From: Candidatus Latescibacterota bacterium | GTDB lineage: Bacteria > Latescibacterota > UBA2968 > UBA8231 | DNA: 64,000 nucleotides | Assembly: GCA_965204725.1 (NCBI GenBank) | Contig: OZ242005.1 | Location: forward strand, 2,528,001-2,592,000 | Reading direction: 5' to 3' | Shown: positions 9,384 through 18,194 of the stretch, piece after piece | Layout of the letters: each line of letters opens with the position of its first letter | How positions within the stretch are numbered: the stretch's first letter is position 1 | Position numbers and translations under genes: made by a program | Notes under the pieces: generated by a model | The model's input: the letters and a program-made list of their open reading frames with translations, nothing else | Databases searched by the model: none | What the model was told of the DNA's origin: nothing

Positions 9384-10580
9384 TTACTCGGCGAAGATCG
9401 CACGGGAGGAGATGCCGCTCTGGTGGCCTTCTTGCTGGATGCCGCCGATAAACTGGGCGGTGCGGCCAGCCGGGGCAGTGCCGACGTAGTACGCGCTGAA
9501 GGACTCGTTGAAGGCGGCTAGCGCGGCGCGATTTAGCGCGGAGTCGGCACCGGCCACGATGTAGGCGTTGTTGAAGACGCCGTCCTCTTTGAGGCCGGCA
9601 CCGCCAGCTTCCCTAATCCGGGCATCGAGCGTGCCGAGCTGCTCGCTGGCGTCGCGGCCGCCCACAGCCGAGAGGTGAACTTCGCACACGCCGTGGTGGC
9701 GCAAGCCCGCCCAAGTCGAGAAGCCGTCCTCTAACTGCCCCGAGCGCACGATTTCGACTTCGCCGGATACTACCCGCGGCTGCGGCTCGAGTATCCCGTC
9801 GAGATTGGGGATCCGCGACACCGGGTAGATCAAGCCGGCCGGGCGGTCGTCGCCGTAGTAGTCTGCAAAGACTTGGCGGGTGATCTCGACGCGCTCCCAC
9901 GTTTTGTCTGGAGCGTCATCTACGGCCACGAGGATCTCCATAAATACGGTCTGCTTTTTGAAGTCAATGCCTTGTTCGGCAAAGGGCTTGGCGTATTGCT
10001 CGTCGAGGATAAACCGCATTTCTTCGGCCAAGTCGGAGCCGAGCGTGGTGATGGTTTCGCCATCTCGCTGGTGCATGACCGACGCACCCGAGGGCTGGTG
10101 ATCGACCCACGTGCCGTAGTCGATTTTGCCGCTGCTGACGGAGACGGTCTCGCCCGCACAGGCCTTGATTTGCACCTCGAAGAGCGCCGCCGGATCCGGG
10201 AAGCCCTCGGGGTGCGTGAAGCGGGCCATGCGGTTGGAGCGCAAGGGGCCGCCGGTGACGGCCGCGATCATGGCCCCGTAGCAGGCGTTGAAGTCGTTTT
10301 TGCGCTGGTCGCATTCGCGGCGGTCCGCAGAAGGGGTGGTCCACAAGACGTCGGTCTTGTACACGTCAGACCAGTGGACGCCGCAAATTTCGAGGCCCTT
10401 GTTGAGGTTTTCGATGGTGCCGAACCACTCCGAGCCGACGTCGTTGGCGTATTGGGTGCCGACATTGCCCGAAGGCTCAACTAGGCGCACGACGTGGCCG
10501 TTGTCGTCGGTGATGAGTACTTCCGTGGGGTTGGAAAAGATGGCGATGGGGTTGTGGCGGACGATGTTGACTTGGGCCAT
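9384..10580 (-). CDS. Hypothetical protein with three apparent RidA/YjgF-like repeats
   Basis: ATG at 10580. Three segments resemble the YjgF pattern 'L..aG....dv.k..v......f..fN..y..ff....P.R......p....vEi...A'. Confidence 0.5.
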   Translation of the reverse strand: MAQVNIVRHNPIAIFSNPTEVLITDDNGHVVRLVEPSGNVGTQYANDVGSEWFGTIENLNKGLEICGVHWSDVYKTDVLWTTPSADRRECDQRKNDFNACYGAMIAAVTGGPLRSNRMARFTHPEGFPDPAALFEVQIKACAGETVSVSSGKIDYGTWVDHQPSGASVMHQRDGETITTLGSDLAEEMRFILDEQYAKPFAEQGIDFKKQTVFMEILVAVDDAPDKTWERVEITRQVFADYYGDDRPAGLIYPVSRIPNLDGILEPQPRVVSGEVEIVRSGQLEDGFSTWAGLRHHGVCEVHLSAVGGRDASEQLGTLDARIREAGGAGLKEDGVFNNAYIVAGADSALNRAALAAFNESFSAYYVGTAPAGRTAQFIGGIQQEGHQSGISSRAIFAE

Positions 10581-10673
10581 GAGCTCCTCGGCTGATTTGT
10601 GATTGTGAAGGGTTGCGCGAATTATATGCAGAAAATAGGCGGTCGGCCGACGATAGACAATAGGGAGGAATAG

Positions 10674-11354
10674 ATGGCTACCTGCGCGGTACTCTTTGCC
10701 AAAAAACCAGCCCCCGGAGCGGTCAAAACCCGGCTCCAGAGCCAGTTGAGTGCCTCTGAAGCGGCGCGCCTGTACGAGGCCCTGCTGCTCGATTGCGCCA
10801 CGGCACTGTCTGCGACCCAAGCCGCGGCCAAGCTGGTGGCCTTTGCCCCGGCCCATGCCGAAGACGCCCTGCGCGCCCTGCTGGCCCCGATTGGCGAATT
10901 CGAGTACGTGCCGCAGATAGAAGCCGATCTAGGGCAGCGGATGGAGGCCCTAATGCAGTGGGCCTTTGCGCGCGGGGCCGAGCGAGTCGTCCTCGTCGGC
11001 TCAGACAGCCCTTCTCTGCCAGCCGCGTACATCGACGAAGGGCTGGAACTCTTGCGCGAGAAGGAAGTGGTCTTAGGCCCCAGCACGGACGGCGGCTACT
11101 ACTTGGTGGGCCGGCGAAAAGGGGATAGCCGGATATTCCAAGACGTGGCTTGGAGCACCGGAATGGTATTAGAGCAAACCCTAACGCGCTTGGGGACGCA
11201 GACCCTCGGCCTGCTGCCGCCTTGGTACGATGTGGATACGCCGGCCGAGGCCGGGTTCCTCAAGGTACACCTCGAAGCCTTGGCGCGGGCGGGCAGCACC
11301 CAAGGGCGGCACAGCTTGGCCGTGCTGCGCGACCTCGCGCTGCCGCGGCCCTAG
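10674..11354 (+). CDS. DUF2064/TIGR04282-family glycosyltransferase-like (CofC-like) protein
   Basis: FAKKPAPGAVKTRL, QIEADLGQRM, GSDSPSL, VLGPSTDGGYYLVG, WYDVDTP. Confidence 0.88.
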   Translation: MATCAVLFAKKPAPGAVKTRLQSQLSASEAARLYEALLLDCATALSATQAAAKLVAFAPAHAEDALRALLAPIGEFEYVPQIEADLGQRMEALMQWAFARGAERVVLVGSDSPSLPAAYIDEGLELLREKEVVLGPSTDGGYYLVGRRKGDSRIFQDVAWSTGMVLEQTLTRLGTQTLGLLPPWYDVDTPAEAGFLKVHLEALARAGSTQGRHSLAVLRDLALPRP

Positions 11355-11881
11355 CGGTCGGCTCTTCTGCGGAACAAGGCTTCCCAGCGATCGAGTTCGC
11401 CCGGGTCGAGGGACGGGTGCGATTCAGTGCCGTCGCAGGTCGGCGCAGGGGGGTTCGACGCTTGGACAGGTCCGGTCAGTTCGTCGAGAAAATCCTCCGA
11501 ACCGGTCCAGCGGATCCGATGGCGCTCGGCACTGCGCTGCACGGCGCGGTCGGAGCTGATGACCCGCAGCCACTTGGCACCGTGTTTTTTTGCCACCGCC
11601 TGCGCGATCAGGTCGTCGGCCTGCTGAGGGTAGCGCGAGAATTCTATGGTCAGGTGGGAGCTGCTTGGTTCTGCCGCACGCGGCGCGGTGCCGGTGCCGT
11701 CGTAGTACAGGGTAATGCGCTTGTTGGCGCGGCGGGCGTAGGCGGCGAGATCCTGCTGCAAGCGGCCCCGCGCTTGGTTTAGCGCGTCGCCGTGGCCTTG
11801 GAACAACCCGCTCGATTTGATGAGGTTGTAGCCGTCTATGAGCAGATGCTCTCTTTTGGCGTCCACCGCGGCCATCCTCAC
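11351..11881 (-). CDS. NYN/YacP-like ribonuclease domain protein
   Basis: LLIDGYNLI, YYDG, ADDLI, VISSDRAVQ, SEDF. Confidence 0.85.
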   Translation of the reverse strand: MRMAAVDAKREHLLIDGYNLIKSSGLFQGHGDALNQARGRLQQDLAAYARRANKRITLYYDGTGTAPRAAEPSSSHLTIEFSRYPQQADDLIAQAVAKKHGAKWLRVISSDRAVQRSAERHRIRWTGSEDFLDELTGPVQASNPPAPTCDGTESHPSLDPGELDRWEALFRRRADR

Positions 11882-13725
11882 GCGAACTGAATGCCTTGGG
11901 CGTTTAGCTGATAGGCGACTACGCTGCTTTTGGCAAAGGCCGCGCGTTGGCGCAACGTGTCGAGCCGAGCGCGCAATGCGGCCGCTTGCCCCTCGGCCGC
12001 GATGAGGAGCGCAAAGCCACCGCCGCCCGCCCCGGTGATCAGCCCGCCCTCGGTCAGGTCGGTGATCTGCGGATTTTCAAAAAGGTGTTGCAAGGCGTCG
12101 TTGGTGGCTTGGGGGTCGAGGATGCAGCGCAACCGCCAGTAGCGGTCAGCCAGCTGCCCCAGATCGGCGTACGCGCCCGCGCACAACGCGGCCACCATGT
12201 CGTCGTGAATGGCCAGCGACTCGCGGATGGCCGCATAGCGCGAGTGATCCCGCGACAGATAGACATCGAGAACGACATTGAGGCCGCGGGTGGCCGACCG
12301 CGACACCCCCGTGTCGAAGAGCACGACCCGCTCGGTGAACAAGCCCTCTTCTACCTCGGTGAGGAACGTGCGCTCGGGCGCGGGCAGGCCGTCGGTCGGG
12401 GGAGCGTAGAAGTTCTTGATGGCCGAAGGGCCGCCGCTGGCGCCGCGCGCGTCCTGCCAACCGCTGTTGAGGCCGAGGCTTTGTTCGAGCATGAGGCTTT
12501 GGTCGTACAGGCTGGGGTACTCGCACGCCGGCGCGGCATAGGGGTGGCCGGAGAGGTGGTAGAGCATTTTGAGGATCGCGGCGGACAAGATGCCGCTGGT
12601 TCCGAGTCCCGACCCTTGTGGCACCTTGCTACTAGTGGTGATTTCCAAGCCGCCGCCGCCAGCAAAGGCCGCGATGTCTTCAATGACGTCTGGGGAGTTT
12701 GGCCGCACGATGCCGGCGTGTACCAGCCCTTGCTTGACCAAGCGCAGGGCTTCGTCGCCGCTGCGGCGGTAGGCAAAAAATAACTCGCTGACGGTCGCGG
12801 CCGCGCTGTGTTGGTTGGCCTCAAAGTCGGCCTTGAAGTCCTGCGAGCGGGAGCGGAGGATGAGCTGGGGTTCGGCCAGCCTGCGGGCGGTAACTTCCAA
12901 CGGCGGCTGGGCGCGCTCTTGTCCGCCCTGTTGCAGGTTGACGGCGATATTGAGCGTCTTGCCGCCCTGTTCCTTGCTGCGCAGGTGATTGTCCGAGGCA
13001 TTGGCGCTGGAGATGCCCAAGCGCAGGGGCGATTGGATGCAAAAGGTTTGCTCGTAGGCCGATTCGATCATCCTCGGCCCGGTCGTGCGGCCCTTGCGGT
13101 CGAGGGCGGCCAAACTGCGCTGGAGGTCCATGCTCTGCAACTGGTTGATCCGCGCCTCGTAGGCCGCGGCCAGCTCGTCGATACGCTTGGCTTCTTTGAG
13201 TTGGACGAGGGCTGGGCCGTCAATGCAGCAGGGCGGCAGCGCACGCCGCCAAGCCCGCGACTCAGCGGCGAGCATCCGGTAGATGTCGGCCATGATGCGG
13301 GCGACGCGCATGCCGCGCATGCCGCGGACCGCGACATCGCATTCTTCTAGATAGGCATTGAGGCGTTTGAGCACCTGCAAGAGGGTCTTGGAGGGTTGGG
13401 ACGGTCGCAGCCGCAGCAATTGGCGGTGATCGAGATCGACCAAACCATCGACTACATCAACCATGAGTTGGGGCAGCTCTTTGGCGACCGCAGCGCCGAA
13501 GAGCGCGTCCCACTCGCGGGGCGTGGTCGCCGCTAGGAGCGCGTTGATGGCGGCCGGGGTCTCTAGGCTGGACAAAAGCACCCGGTTGAAGAGCAGGGCG
13601 CGGAGGAAGCGGTGCTTTTCTTCGGGTTTGCCGCCGGACCGCGCCCCATCGAGGATGTGATCGATGAGCGATTGGACTTCGCGCAAATCAGCGGCTTGTT
13701 CGAGACGTGCGAGGAATGCTTTCAT
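11878..13725 (-). CDS. GHMP-family sugar kinase (fucokinase-like C-terminus) with long N-terminal extension
   Basis: SPLRLG, VPQGSGLGTSG, EQSLGLNSGWQD, GAGGGGF. Confidence 0.75.
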   Translation of the reverse strand: MKAFLARLEQAADLREVQSLIDHILDGARSGGKPEEKHRFLRALLFNRVLLSSLETPAAINALLAATTPREWDALFGAAVAKELPQLMVDVVDGLVDLDHRQLLRLRPSQPSKTLLQVLKRLNAYLEECDVAVRGMRGMRVARIMADIYRMLAAESRAWRRALPPCCIDGPALVQLKEAKRIDELAAAYEARINQLQSMDLQRSLAALDRKGRTTGPRMIESAYEQTFCIQSPLRLGISSANASDNHLRSKEQGGKTLNIAVNLQQGGQERAQPPLEVTARRLAEPQLILRSRSQDFKADFEANQHSAAATVSELFFAYRRSGDEALRLVKQGLVHAGIVRPNSPDVIEDIAAFAGGGGLEITTSSKVPQGSGLGTSGILSAAILKMLYHLSGHPYAAPACEYPSLYDQSLMLEQSLGLNSGWQDARGASGGPSAIKNFYAPPTDGLPAPERTFLTEVEEGLFTERVVLFDTGVSRSATRGLNVVLDVYLSRDHSRYAAIRESLAIHDDMVAALCAGAYADLGQLADRYWRLRCILDPQATNDALQHLFENPQITDLTEGGLITGAGGGGFALLIAAEGQAAALRARLDTLRQRAAFAKSSVVAYQLNAQGIQFA

Positions 13726-13782
13726 GCGGCTCAGGGGGCGCGGGTGCGCTGAAAATTATACGCAAAAAACGCGCATCGCGCA

Positions 13783-14388
13783 TCAGCGGGGGGCGGCAGC
13801 GGGCCTTAGCTCGCCGGCTTCCACGGCAAAATCGAGGTGGTTTTGTCGCGGGGGCAGCGGGCAAATATAGGTGGGATTGTACGCGCAGTATGGATTATAA
13901 GCATTGTTGAAATCAAGGACGTACAGGCCATCGTCCGCCCGCGTCAGGCGCGCGTAGCGTCCGCCCTGATAGGTGGTATGGCCGTTGGTTGGATCCTTAA
14001 AGAAAACCTCTGCTTCGCCGGTTTGCGGGCTGCGGTACACCTCCAGCCAAAAATCGTTCTCGCCAAAGGCCGCGACAAAGCGCCCAAAGCGCTCGAGCTC
14101 GGTGGTAGTGCCGTCGGTATTGGGGAGTTCGACGATGCGCTGGCGGCCGTAAATATGCAACTCGCCCTTCACGCGATAGCGCAGGTCAATGGGATAGTAC
14201 GCAAGCCGCTCAAAGCGAGCGCGCTGCGCGGGCAGCAGCGGCGAATCCTCGCTTTTGAGCAGGCTATCCTTGTCGGCGCGAAGGGCTTCGATCTGGGCGC
14301 GGATGGCGTCGTCCGCCGAAGCCGGGCCAAAGGACGGGCACAGATAGCAGGCGATGCAGGCGATGATAATGAATAGGCTCACAGGCAT
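13783..14388 (-). CDS. DUF1684 family exported protein
   Basis: Signal peptide. FKDPTNGHTTYQGGRY, LDFNNAYNPYCAYNPTYICPLPP, VEAGE. Confidence 0.9.
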   Translation of the reverse strand: MPVSLFIIIACIACYLCPSFGPASADDAIRAQIEALRADKDSLLKSEDSPLLPAQRARFERLAYYPIDLRYRVKGELHIYGRQRIVELPNTDGTTTELERFGRFVAAFGENDFWLEVYRSPQTGEAEVFFKDPTNGHTTYQGGRYARLTRADDGLYVLDFNNAYNPYCAYNPTYICPLPPRQNHLDFAVEAGELRPAAAPR

Positions 14389-14564
14389 GACAAATTCTCC
14401 GCTCGATCTATTTTAGCGTCAACCTGCGGCCGCATCAAATTTGTCCCTCCTTTCTGGCCGCCCTACCTTTCTGCGACAAACAGGAGGAAAACCATGCGTC
14501 ACCGGAGGAAGTTCGGGACGGCACTGCCTATGGCTGGGGGTTGGTTCGCGCCGGTCTTTTAGCC

Positions 14565-15395
14565 ATGGGCGAAGGTTGGTCCATCGTCGAAGCGAGCCGC
14601 GTCGGGGGCAGGTCGCGGTTGACGTCCTGCTTGGCCGTCGCGCCGCTGAAAATTTTCAGCCCCAAACCCGAGGCCGATTACACCGCCGCCGTGCTTTCGA
14701 GCTATGGCGGCGGCTTGGTCGCCGGCGATTCCACCCGGCTGCGCGTGCGCTGCGGCCGCGAGGCCAAGCTCTTTTTGGGCACCCAAGCCTTTACCAAAGT
14801 GTACAAAGCCACCGACGGGCAGGTCGCGCACCAAACGCTCGCCGGGCGCGTCGAATCCGGTGCTTGCGTAGTATCGCTGCCCGACCCGGTGGTGCCCTAT
14901 GCCGACAGCGTCTTTGTACAGGAGCAGGTCTGGCATCTCGACGCGAAAGCCTTGCTGGTCTTGCTCGACAGCGGCACTGCCGGCCGGGGCGCACGAGGCG
15001 AGCGGTTCCACTATCGCTCTTATACCTCTAATACGTCCATCTACTGGGCAAGCGAATTGGTGCTGGCGGAACGCTTGAGTTTGCAGCCCCAGCGGCAGTG
15101 CCCCGACCGCATTGGAGCTTTCGGCCAATACACTGCCTTCGCCAACGCCTTTATCGTCGGTGGCCCAGCCCGCGCTGCCATCGAGCAAGTGCTGCGCCGT
15201 GTTCTAGCGCCGATGCTCACCCGCCAGCGGAGCGGGGCCACTCTGGTCTCACTCGCCACACCTCGTCCCGGAGTGCTCGCGCTCCGCGCCTTGGGGCGTA
15301 CCCATGGCGATCTAGCCGACATCTTGCACGCGCTGGCCACCGCCGTATCGCTCCCCCAAGTCCTAGGCGAAAACCCACTGCGCCGAAAGTACTGA
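14565..15395 (+). CDS. ureD: Urease accessory protein UreD
   Basis: PLKIFSP, SYGGGLVAGD, LGTQAFTKVYK, LPDPVVPYADS, GRGARGERF. Adjacent to the urea operon; start at 14541 or 14565. Confidence 0.88.
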   Translation: MGEGWSIVEASRVGGRSRLTSCLAVAPLKIFSPKPEADYTAAVLSSYGGGLVAGDSTRLRVRCGREAKLFLGTQAFTKVYKATDGQVAHQTLAGRVESGACVVSLPDPVVPYADSVFVQEQVWHLDAKALLVLLDSGTAGRGARGERFHYRSYTSNTSIYWASELVLAERLSLQPQRQCPDRIGAFGQYTAFANAFIVGGPARAAIEQVLRRVLAPMLTRQRSGATLVSLATPRPGVLALRALGRTHGDLADILHALATAVSLPQVLGENPLRRKY

Positions 15396-15710
15396 TCGCT
15401 TCAGCAGCCAACCCACAAAACACCACACTTTTGTCTTTTTTACGTATTCCCCCTAGCCGCAGCGTACTGCGGATGGTCAATTCGTCCCACCACAAGGCGT
15501 CTAAAAACGACATATATGTCTTTTGTAAATTCACAAAATAGCATTTTTGTCGTCAATCCATTGGAAAAACCAAGCAGCAAATCGCCAAAAATGCCATTTA
15601 CGTAGAAAAATTAAACAAAATTACAAATCGCGTATCTCTTTGGTACATAAAGATATAGTACCAAAAATGTTCCCTCCTGTTCCGTATCTGGGCTGCTGCG
15701 GCCGCCGTTC

Positions 15711-15726
15711 TGGTATCCTTTTTGCA
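15711..15726 (+). promoter_or_regulatory. Sigma-54 -24/-12 promoter of the urt-ure operon
   Basis: TGGTATCCTTTTTGCA = exact GG-N10-GC spacing with TTGCA, about 90 bp upstream of urtA. Confidence 0.75.
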
Positions 15727-15815
15727 ATAAGGGTGCAGCATCGGTCAGAGCGGACTACCGGAACGGTGCGTTCAGACCGCTTAACACCACAACCACCACA
15801 TCTTGGAGGGATTCA

Positions 15816-17090
15816 ATGGGAAGACCAAATACGTTCTGGATTGCATTTGTCGCCTTAGTGCTCATCGTCGTCGGAACGCATTCGAGCGCGAAGGCAGAGG
15901 AGGCGGTCAAAGTAGGCGTCCTGCATTCGCTCAGCGGCACGATGGCTATCTCGGAGGTATCGCTGCGCGACGCCGTGCTGATGGCGGTCGAGGAAATCAA
16001 TTCCAACGGCGGCGTTCTGGGGCGCAAAATTGAGCCGGTGGTCGTCGATCCGGCGTCCGACTGGGACCTATTCGCCGAAAAGTCCAAAGAGCTGTTGCTA
16101 GAGCACGAGGTGGCATCCGTCTTCGGCTGCTGGACCTCGGTGTCGCGCAAGTCGGTGCTGCCGGTTTTTGAAGAAAACGGGGGGTTGCTGTTCTATCCGG
16201 TCCAGTACGAAGGCGAGGAGTGTTCGCGCAACATCATCTATACAGGGGCCACTCCCAACCAGCAGTTAATCCCGGCCGCCCAGTATCTGATGAGCGAGGA
16301 AGGCGGCGGGTACGAGAAGTTCTACCTGCTCGGCACGGACTACGTATTCCCGCGCACGGCCAACAAAATCCTGCGGGCCTATCTCCTCGATCAAGGAGTG
16401 CCCGAGGCGAACATCATGGAGGAGTACACGCCCTTCCACCATCAGGATTACCAGACCATCGTGCAGAAGATCAAGCGCTTCGCCGCCGATGGTACGGCCG
16501 CGGTATTGAGTACGATCAACGGCGATTCCAACGTGCCCTTCTACAAGGAATTTGCCAATCAGGGGCTGACTTCGGCGCTGTGCCCGATCATGGCCTTTTC
16601 AGTGGCCGAAGACGAGCTGCGGGCGATGGATACCGAGTTTCTGGTCGGCCATCTGGCGGCTTGGAACTACTTCCAGTCGGTCGCCAGCAAAGAAAACCGG
16701 GATTTCGTCAAGAGCTTCAAGCAGTACTGCGAGGCCAACGGCTTGCCCGGCGGGCTAAGGCGCGTCACCGATGACCCGATTCTCTGGGCCTATACGGGGG
16801 TCTATTTGTGGAAGGGTGCGGTCGAAAAAGCCGGTTCCTTCGACGTGGAAAAGGTGCGGCCGGCGCTGTATGGGCTGGCGTTTGATTCGCCGGGCGGCCC
16901 CGTGATGATGGACGAGCGCAATCACCATCTGCACAAGCCCGTCTATATCGGCGAGATCAAAAAGAACGGCCAGTTCAAGATCGTCTATGAATCGGATGGC
17001 CTAGTAGCCCCTGATCCATGGGACGACATCACCAGTGCCGACAAGGACTGCGACCACGTCAATTACATGGGTACTTATACCCTAGAGTAA
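15816..17090 (+). CDS. urtA: Urea ABC transporter substrate-binding protein
   Basis: KVGVLHSLSGTMAISE, FGCWTSVSRKSVLP, FYPVQYEGEECS, GTDYVFPRTAN. Confidence 0.96.
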   Translation: MGRPNTFWIAFVALVLIVVGTHSSAKAEEAVKVGVLHSLSGTMAISEVSLRDAVLMAVEEINSNGGVLGRKIEPVVVDPASDWDLFAEKSKELLLEHEVASVFGCWTSVSRKSVLPVFEENGGLLFYPVQYEGEECSRNIIYTGATPNQQLIPAAQYLMSEEGGGYEKFYLLGTDYVFPRTANKILRAYLLDQGVPEANIMEEYTPFHHQDYQTIVQKIKRFAADGTAAVLSTINGDSNVPFYKEFANQGLTSALCPIMAFSVAEDELRAMDTEFLVGHLAAWNYFQSVASKENRDFVKSFKQYCEANGLPGGLRRVTDDPILWAYTGVYLWKGAVEKAGSFDVEKVRPALYGLAFDSPGGPVMMDERNHHLHKPVYIGEIKKNGQFKIVYESDGLVAPDPWDDITSADKDCDHVNYMGTYTLE

Positions 17091-17121
17091 TACTCTATCT
17101 AGCGCAGAAGGACACAAACCA

Positions 17122-18066
17122 ATGAACAAGAAAGTTGCAGCACTCGCACTGGCGATTTTTGCCGCCCAGACAGTATCCGCCGAGGTCACATTCTCTGGGT
17201 TTGTCGATATGAGCGCGTTCAGCGACGATGGAAACGCGAGCATGTCGCTGGACCAGTTTGAGTTGGATGTCTCGACGGACCTCGGGGGCGGGATCTCCAT
17301 GAGGGCGGATGTCAATGCCCTCGGGCCGACCGCCCCGGTCGAGCTAGAGCAGGCCTTCATCGCGTACGACACCGGCGCGGGCTTGGCGCTCACTGTGGGC
17401 AAGTTTCTTAGCTGCACCGGCTTTGAAGCGGCTGAACCCACGGGGTTGTATCAGTATTCGTATTCTGCCACCTTGGTGTACGGCGGCTATCAGAATGGGA
17501 TCGCGGCCTCTTATAGCTCGGATAAGTTCGGCCTGTATGGGGCGGTTGTTTCCAGCGTCTGGGATGGCGCGGAGACCGACCTCTCAGGGGATGATTTCGG
17601 TATAGAGGTCCAAGCAACGCTTACTCCCATCAGTGGCTTGACCGCCAAAGCCGCGCTCGCATGGGAGGGCGGTTTTGAGCACGCGACGCAGACCGAGCCT
17701 TTTGACCGGGCACTGCTCAACATCTGGGCGGCCTACGCGACCGGCCCGCTGACTTTGGCGGTTGAACTGAACGGGCTGGGCAACTGGGAAGGCGGCACTA
17801 TGCTTTACGAATCCGGTGGTGGGCTACTGGCGATGGCCAATTATGGGATCAGCGACAAAGTGGGCGTGACCGGCCGAATTTCCGGGATGACCTTGACGGA
17901 TGCCGTCGTCAAAGACGCGGCCGATTACGAGCTCAGCGAACTCACCATCGCCCCGAGCTACGCGGTCTCCGACAACTGGAGCCTCATCGGCGAGGTCAAG
18001 TGGCTCACCGAGGGCGACGCCGACGCTGTGACGCAAATCGCGCTGGAGTCGCTGCTAACGTTTTAG
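17122..18066 (+). CDS. Outer-membrane beta-barrel porin (BBP2/DUF1597-like)
   Basis: Signal peptide, VTFSGFVD, LEQAFIAY, TVGKF..GFE, alternating beta strands, C-terminal F. Confidence 0.8.
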   Translation: MNKKVAALALAIFAAQTVSAEVTFSGFVDMSAFSDDGNASMSLDQFELDVSTDLGGGISMRADVNALGPTAPVELEQAFIAYDTGAGLALTVGKFLSCTGFEAAEPTGLYQYSYSATLVYGGYQNGIAASYSSDKFGLYGAVVSSVWDGAETDLSGDDFGIEVQATLTPISGLTAKAALAWEGGFEHATQTEPFDRALLNIWAAYATGPLTLAVELNGLGNWEGGTMLYESGGGLLAMANYGISDKVGVTGRISGMTLTDAVVKDAADYELSELTIAPSYAVSDNWSLIGEVKWLTEGDADAVTQIALESLLTF

Positions 18067-18071
18067 GGGGT

Positions 18072-18170
18072 GGAGCGGAGACGGCCGCTTCGTAGTTTAG
18101 CAACTGGTACGGTAAAAGGTAAAAATAAAGGTAAAGGTACATGGTAACTAGGCCGTCTCCGCTCCGTTTT
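18072..18170 (+). promoter_or_regulatory. Intercistronic stem-loop (perfect 15-bp inverted repeat)
   Basis: GGAGCGGAGACGGCC (18072-18086) / GGCCGTCTCCGCTCC (18151-18165), followed by GTTTT. Confidence 0.6.
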
Positions 18171-18194
18171 ACGGGGCGGAGTTCAATTTTGTCC

